Assembly: GCA_034226945.1 (NCBI GenBank)
Contig: CP120454.1
Coordinates: 124,001 to 188,000 of the forward strand
Length of the DNA: 64,000 nucleotides
Source: Picochlorum sp. SENEW3
Taxonomy: Eukaryota
Reading direction: 5' to 3'
The position numbers and the translations under genes are program-made. The notes beneath the pieces are model-generated. The model was not told where the DNA came from. It searched no databases and saw only the letters and a program-made list of their open reading frames with translations. This document shows, one piece after another, positions 56,847 through 64,000 of the stretch. Position 1 is the first letter of the stretch; each line of letters begins with the position of its first letter.

Positions 56847-57886
56847 TCAAATACAGGTTAAGAGAGCAAGGCTCAAGGATGCCATCTGGAGACGCTCGAC
56901 TGCACTTCCACTTGGAGGTGATGGTGTTGGTGATGGAGATGTTGGTGATGGTGATGGAGATGCTGCAGAGGTGGACTTGATCTCAGAGGGGCATGCAGCA
57001 AAAATGTCAGTAGGCCTTGATCTATCAGGGCTGCAGCCAATCATATGATACGAGTTATCTGCACTGTCTCTCACGACAGTAAAGTAGCAGCTTCCGTCAT
57101 CGGTCATATCTGGATAGATGGTCAAATCGTCGCCAAGGTTCACCTGTTCAATGCTCCATCCCTCTGGCAGCTCTGCTTCAGAGACAGCGTCAGCAACACC
57201 TTCTGTCGTGTTGGCCCCAGATGCGTGCATGATGTACGTATTATCATATTGATCTGTCAAAATATACTGAGGACCGGCTGCAAATGTCATATTTTGGCAC
57301 TTGGAAATGGGACTGACGAATATTTGCCCTGCTGGTGGTGCACCAAGCTCGACATCTGTGTCACCTGAGGGAAAGTACCCTACGCATACATTCAGAGCAA
57401 GTGCCGCCCACGTCGTGTCGTTCAGAGCCTTGATTGTCTCGATATCAATGCAGTCATCAGTGCAGTCGACGGGGGACGTTGGGGACTTGAAAAAGCAGTT
57501 TGACTCAAACTGCAGATTTCGTGGTGTATTCAACTTCCATTTACCAACCTGACTTGGATACGTCTGAAATTCTTCATATGTCATTGGGTTATCTTGCGAC
57601 GATGCGTACACCACCGATGTGCTGATATCTTGTACCTCAAGAGCCTGAGTCTCCTCCTCGCTGCCAACGTTGCAAGCATAGGATGGAGAATAAATGTAAT
57701 TCCCGCATGTGTATTCAACAGTAGCACCTGCATACGCATACACGCATGAGAAACTCTACATGGACGCCATTGTGAAAGTGGTCGCGCTTCGTACGTACCG
57801 TGTCCGCCTGTGCTTGCATACTGCAGGGTTAACACCACTGCCAACAGCGCAACCGATATTTTTCGCGTTGGAAGTACACACCACAT
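56847..57886 (-). CDS. Secreted Cys-containing protein with Ser/Pro stalk and GPI-like tail; 2 exons
   Basis: Signal peptide ISVALLAVVLTLQYA, in-frame intron 57798-57728, SPSPSPTSPSPTPSPP linker, hydrophobic C-terminus. Confidence 0.75.
56912..56962 (-). repeat. Coding low-complexity repeat (GGTGATGG units on +) encoding an SP/TP extensin-like stalk
   Basis: Repeated ggtgatgg units are visible on the + strand. Confidence 0.7.
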
Positions 57887-58265
57887 ATTTTAATGAGAGA
57901 AAATATTCAAATAGTTATTCTTTGTTGATTGAGAGTGACATATCAGGGGTTTGGACGGATCATATGTCCTCCGAGATGGTCACAGAGCCATCCCCGTCAC
58001 CGTCTCATAAGATTTGGGGTGCGTAGCGTCATCATTTTGGCAGTACCTCTGGAGGTACCAACTGGTACTGAAATTTGCGTACTTAATGTTTTATTTACAG
58101 ACTAGCGATGGTCCTGAATTCGTCCTGGGAGTGATTTGCATGCCTATCGCTGTCATCCTTTTCTATATAAACAATTTTGTACCAATCACGACGTATTTCG
58201 ATTGAATCACGTGCGTGTACCACGTGTAGTACAGAGTTCACTTGTGAATTCAATTTCGTGTCTAG

Positions 58266-59684
<1,419 letters not shown>

Positions 59685-59714
59685 TCAAAAACATGTAATT
59701 CATCATCTCACACA

Positions 59715-60572
59715 TTAATACGTTCCTTTGAGGCTCTTGTCCTCTATCCCAAACTCATCCTGTTTGGAGCAGCTGTAACAGACATGGGTGGCATACATCC
59801 ACGCATGAAACTCCTTCAAGGTGGTCATGTGACTTGTATTTTTCTCCCACACCTCGATCGATTTTTTCTCCTTCTGCCTCCGCACCTCCAAAGCATCGCT
59901 ATTCTCAGTAAATAACCCATCATCTCGGACAGTGATAAAAGAAAGAGACACAGACACGCCTAGAGATGCCTCAACCAGCGCATACACTTTCTGAAAAATA
60001 GCTTTTGATCTTGGCATGTGGAATTCGCTCGTCACCACCGCGGCATTCCGCCATCCACACGGAATAGCATGAATCATGGCACTAAAATATCCATTCCCTA
60101 CAGTATCGTATGATGATACTTCCTTGAGTACGTCACGGGCAGGCACATGCTGCTGCCCAATCAAATATTCTGCATAGGCAGTCCCTTCATGAACCACCTG
60201 CCCTGTCTTTGGATGGATCATGGGAAGCCCATGCGGAGAACCTCCTCCACAAATCATAATTGTATCTGCCTCACTACGGCGATACACATCAGCCGCACCG
60301 TCAAGCCGTCTCAACGCCCAAGGAGGAATCTCACCCCAAGGGCTCTCTGTACTCACCCATAAGCCACCTGCCAAGACTATAACTCCATCAGGTTTCGGAC
60401 GACGCCCCTCTTCTATATCCCTCACGATACCCTCTGACTCGTGTGTCAACACAGATGCACGAGAGGCGATAGAACAGCGTCGCCGATGCGCCAACACCCC
60501 AGCAAGAAGCAGACTTGACCGTCCAAGTGTGGACCTATGCCCTGCACCATACCCTATCGTCACAGCCATCAT
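59715..60572 (-). CDS. DUF218 (YdcF/ElyC-like) protein
   Basis: VIVLAGG, E.SSYDTVGNGYFS, VVTSEFHMPRS. Confidence 0.85.
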   Translation of the reverse strand: MMAVTIGYGAGHRSTLGRSSLLLAGVLAHRRRCSIASRASVLTHESEGIVRDIEEGRRPKPDGVIVLAGGLWVSTESPWGEIPPWALRRLDGAADVYRRSEADTIMICGGGSPHGLPMIHPKTGQVVHEGTAYAEYLIGQQHVPARDVLKEVSSYDTVGNGYFSAMIHAIPCGWRNAAVVTSEFHMPRSKAIFQKVYALVEASLGVSVSLSFITVRDDGLFTENSDALEVRRQKEKKSIEVWEKNTSHMTTLKEFHAWMYATHVCYSCSKQDEFGIEDKSLKGTY

Positions 60573-61011
60573 TGCAACCTCTACTCCATCGATCGATACC
60601 CTGTATAAGAAGTCTTTACTGAATTAGAATACCCGATGGAGGCTTTGACAAGGAAGGAATCACTCTTCCGAATCACTCAGCATGATGCAACATTGTATTC
60701 GGTCAAAGACCACTATTGACCGGATACTATGCATTCTCTATTTGCAGAAAGAAATTCGTCCCATGTGCATCATCTGAGACTAGAAAAAAGGCTTTGTGTC
60801 AACAACAGTGCTAGTATATTGAAATTAGATTGTTTTTGGTCCTCAACATAGTGGCAACGTGGGTAGATCGATCGGTGACTCTGCAACGATTGACCAACAA
60901 CCGCTGCGGCAGATTTTCCCTTGCACTGAATACAAGAGGAAACGGGGCAGTATTGGTGCCAATTTCAGTCGTATTTAATCAGTTTATATCTTAATACGAC
61001 CCGTGTTCACC

Positions 61012-63507
61012 ATGTCTTCCTCCACGCGTTCTGTTGGGACCGTTGACGACAGACGGTCAGGGCTGGGGTCAGAGAACGTGTCAGAACAGACGACGGGCGC
61101 CGGGTATAGCAGCAGTGATGTTCCTCTTCTGGTGACGACAGTGGATATTAGACCAGGTGTGAGTGTGCACTTGTCATTCTATCAGGGTGATGACCCTCTG
61201 GTGGTGGCACAAAAGTTTTGTGCAGAACATGGGTTGCCGGAGAGTGTCGTCGCGCCTCTGAAAGAACATATTGAAAATCATGTGCAAGAAGAAGAGGAAA
61301 AGAAGGACAATGACACAGAAGAGGCCGAGTGCCCGAAGAAGGCTTTGTCTGATGGCAATGAGTCTTCATTGATAGACAGGGCACATGAGACGGTGGCAGA
61401 GGTGGCTGCGGCATTGGAAAGTTTGACAACATCACGGAATATAAGGCCAGCGTCTGCGACGAGTAGTCTGGGGACTGAATATTTTGGAAGAGCAGAGTTG
61501 CCAGTGTCAATGCATCGGTCAGCAGAGGCAGAGGCAGCCATGGTGTCTGATAGGCTCTATGCGGATTACTTTAGGAAGGAAATGATGCTGGAAGAACAGA
61601 GACGTATTAAAGAACTTGAGAATCAATTGAAGATGCAGCATGTGCACTGTACAGAGGCGAGTAGGATGATGGCTGCTCACAGAACTGCTGATGGGTATGC
61701 ATCGTACGGGGAGAGGTTGTACCAGGAAGGCATGGAGGGAGCTCGACAGAAGGAGGAGACTAGAAAGTATTTGAAAGAAAAAGAGATTGAAAAGGAACTT
61801 GAGGGGGCGACGTTCCACCCGCAGATTAGTAAGTTGGCACAAGGTATGAAGCTGCGTGAAGCACATGGTGTTGATGAGGCGTGGGTGCGCTTGTACCACA
61901 AAAATGCGGGTATTGCTGCCAGAAAAAAGGCACGAGAAGATGCGATTCGAAGAGAAAAGGATGAAGAAGAGATGAAAGAGTGTTCCTTCCGCCCACAGTT
62001 GAGCAAAAAGTCTGAACAGATTGTGGAGAAGCGACGAGGGGCATCTCTTGGAACTCTGTCATCGTCTGATCGATTGTACAATCAAGGCGCGCAGAAAACA
62101 TTGGATTGGGAAGTGAAAAAGAATATAATTGCACTTCAGGAGGCAACATTCAAGCCAGAAATTAACAAGACATCGATCAAGAAGGCAGAAAAATTCAACA
62201 GAAATGGACCATCAGATGTTGCAGACAGGCTTTTGATTCGCGGCCAGGTCTACAACGAACGATTGGAGCAAGCACGCCACGAGCTTGAAAGTGACATTGA
62301 TCCTGTCACAGGACGAAAACTCTTCCATCCAAAGACATTCCGTGGCCCAAAGAATGCAAGAGACAATGTCACTGCAGCCAATGTTGGGGAGCATTTGTAC
62401 CAAGAAGCCCTCGAATCTGCCAAAAGGGTGCAAGAATATGTCAAATCTACACATGATAGTATAGATAAAGAAGCTTCAAAGGCGTATGTGAATGCTTCTT
62501 CCCAGAAAATGATGGAAAGGCTCAAGTTGGACCGCATTAAAGCTGTGTATGCCTATCTTGCACAAACTCCTGCAGACTGCTTTCCCCCGGAATCACTCGA
62601 TATCATCGGCGTCGTATCCAACGAGAAATTTATGGATACTATTGATCCAGAGGTGCGAGCTGATGTGGAACTCGCCGCTCGCCTGGCAATGAGGCAGGAA
62701 TCACTGAGGTCTGAACAAAGTGCTGGTGAGCCCTCGCCTACCCTTACAGACATGAGCGAAAGTTCACTGGTGATTGAGGAGCATCCTTCTGTCTTTGTCA
62801 CTGAAAGTACATTTATCAATCTGATGAATGAGGTCATTCGTCGGACTCGGGGCTACACGAGGGCATATTTGCTGCCAATGCCAGGCACCAGAAAGAAGTG
62901 GGAGGAGCCAACATTCAAACCTGCTCTCGACACCAAATCTCGCCAGATGGCCGAAAGGTTGAGACCTAAAGCCATGCCATCACATGAAATTCTGTACAAC
63001 ACAGCGGCAGACACTGCAGCCAAAATTGAACTGATGAAGAAGGAAATCGAAGCAGAAGAATTAAAGGAGTGCACATTCAAACCCTCTTTGCAATCCACAG
63101 CAGATACCAGGCCACAGCACGGAAGAGCACTCAATGTGCTACGAAAACCAGCCAAATCTCTCTTTCATGTTGCAGAAAGCTCCCACTCTGAAGGATCTCA
63201 ATCAAGCTATAGCCCAGGCATGCCATCTACACAATCAGTCACAGAGACGCAAACAACAAAGGCTGACGAGTATGAGCCAAGCTCAATCCACCACCAGTCC
63301 ATCTATGATGGCATTGATGCTATAGAAAATGAGATCAAGGACGCCATTGCCCAACTGACGCAAAACGTAAAGCCCAAACATGCACCTACACCTCGGAAAG
63401 ATGCCATGGACGTGAGTCACGCGTTAGATGGCAGTTTAGACTGTGAGGCACTCTTTGCATCACCAAAGGATCTCTCATCACCCTATGACTTACATGTTAA
63501 ATTTTAA
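61012..63507 (+). CDS. Uncharacterised charged protein with N-terminal PFU-like domain and about six (RLY...E.TF.P) repeats
   Basis: Long uninterrupted ORF with repeats GATFHPQI, ECSFRPQL, EATFKPEI, KLFHPKT, EPTFKPAL and ECTFKPSL. Confidence 0.7.
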   Translation: MSSSTRSVGTVDDRRSGLGSENVSEQTTGAGYSSSDVPLLVTTVDIRPGVSVHLSFYQGDDPLVVAQKFCAEHGLPESVVAPLKEHIENHVQEEEEKKDNDTEEAECPKKALSDGNESSLIDRAHETVAEVAAALESLTTSRNIRPASATSSLGTEYFGRAELPVSMHRSAEAEAAMVSDRLYADYFRKEMMLEEQRRIKELENQLKMQHVHCTEASRMMAAHRTADGYASYGERLYQEGMEGARQKEETRKYLKEKEIEKELEGATFHPQISKLAQGMKLREAHGVDEAWVRLYHKNAGIAARKKAREDAIRREKDEEEMKECSFRPQLSKKSEQIVEKRRGASLGTLSSSDRLYNQGAQKTLDWEVKKNIIALQEATFKPEINKTSIKKAEKFNRNGPSDVADRLLIRGQVYNERLEQARHELESDIDPVTGRKLFHPKTFRGPKNARDNVTAANVGEHLYQEALESAKRVQEYVKSTHDSIDKEASKAYVNASSQKMMERLKLDRIKAVYAYLAQTPADCFPPESLDIIGVVSNEKFMDTIDPEVRADVELAARLAMRQESLRSEQSAGEPSPTLTDMSESSLVIEEHPSVFVTESTFINLMNEVIRRTRGYTRAYLLPMPGTRKKWEEPTFKPALDTKSRQMAERLRPKAMPSHEILYNTAADTAAKIELMKKEIEAEELKECTFKPSLQSTADTRPQHGRALNVLRKPAKSLFHVAESSHSEGSQSSYSPGMPSTQSVTETQTTKADEYEPSSIHHQSIYDGIDAIENEIKDAIAQLTQNVKPKHAPTPRKDAMDVSHALDGSLDCEALFASPKDLSSPYDLHVKF

Positions 63508-63514
63508 TACAACT

Positions 63515-64000
63515 TTAGTTTTTTGGAGACGATCCCTGTGAAGGACCACATCTCTCCACCATGACATCATACACTTGCTTGCCATTGAAAATCAATGGGA
63601 AAAAGTGAATCTGCCCCTCTGGTTTGGTCTGAGTCTCTTTAAAATACACCAAGACTGGGAACCCAGGCCACCAAAACTCCCAATTCACGAATGAATCATA
63701 CGTCCACCTATTCTTACCTCCTACAAATGCATTCTCCGTCTCTTGCGCCCCAATCACCACCTCGAGAGCCTCATCATCAAACACAAACCTCACCCGACTC
63801 GCCTGAAATGCCAAAAATGCCCCCAACACACCACAGAGACCAGCGAACACATCATTCGAGAATGCTACATGAGACACAGCCGCACCGCCAAGCAGCGTGA
63901 TGGGAATAGAATACGATGGTTCTGGGACCACAACTGGTCTTTCCTTCTTGGTCTTGCCACCACCAAACGATGGAAAATTCTTAAACGCAGACACCTGCAC
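63515..64000 (-). CDS. DUF3119 family plastid protein (5' end outside the window)
   Basis: FLAFQASRVRFVFDDEALEV and WEFWWPGFPVLVYFKETQT..GQIHFFP. Confidence 0.85.
   Translation of the reverse strand: MQVSAFKNFPSFGGGKTKKERPVVVPEPSYSIPITLLGGAAVSHVAFSNDVFAGLCGVLGAFLAFQASRVRFVFDDEALEVVIGAQETENAFVGGKNRWTYDSFVNWEFWWPGFPVLVYFKETQTKPEGQIHFFPLIFNGKQVYDVMVERCGPSQGSSPKN

Overview
Gene-dense, intron-poor eukaryotic nuclear DNA from a small green alga. Plastid-targeted Trx-x, PSRP1, DUF3007 and DUF3119, a plant-type B3 factor, ATX and RST1, short GT-AG introns and tiny intergenic gaps suggest a Picochlorum-like trebouxiophyte (inference). About 37 protein genes are supportable, mostly housekeeping (RST1/focadhesin, ELP1, AOX, eIF3b, RPN11, UBC, CAX, YchF, ATX, CRY-DASH, RVB2). 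One spliced 64-aa gene (SMIM4/UQCC5-like) is missing from the ORF track. Best leads: (1) an intronless block at 42.6-47.3 kb pairing a secreted, probably GPI-anchored tandem bacterial-type amino-acid-binding protein with a RING-between-RING ligase resembling giant-virus RBRs; (2) a second putative GPI-anchored protein built on a bacterial-like domain; (3) a ~205-nt highly structured box C/D-like RNA between TRX-x and RPN11; (4) an ankyrin-HDAC fusion, an API5-RRM-SPOC-like fusion and a PALB2-like architecture; (5) a possible bicistronic ATX-YchF pair. No tRNA, rRNA, CRISPR array or transposase was recognised. All family assignments come from motif recognition by eye, not database searches.
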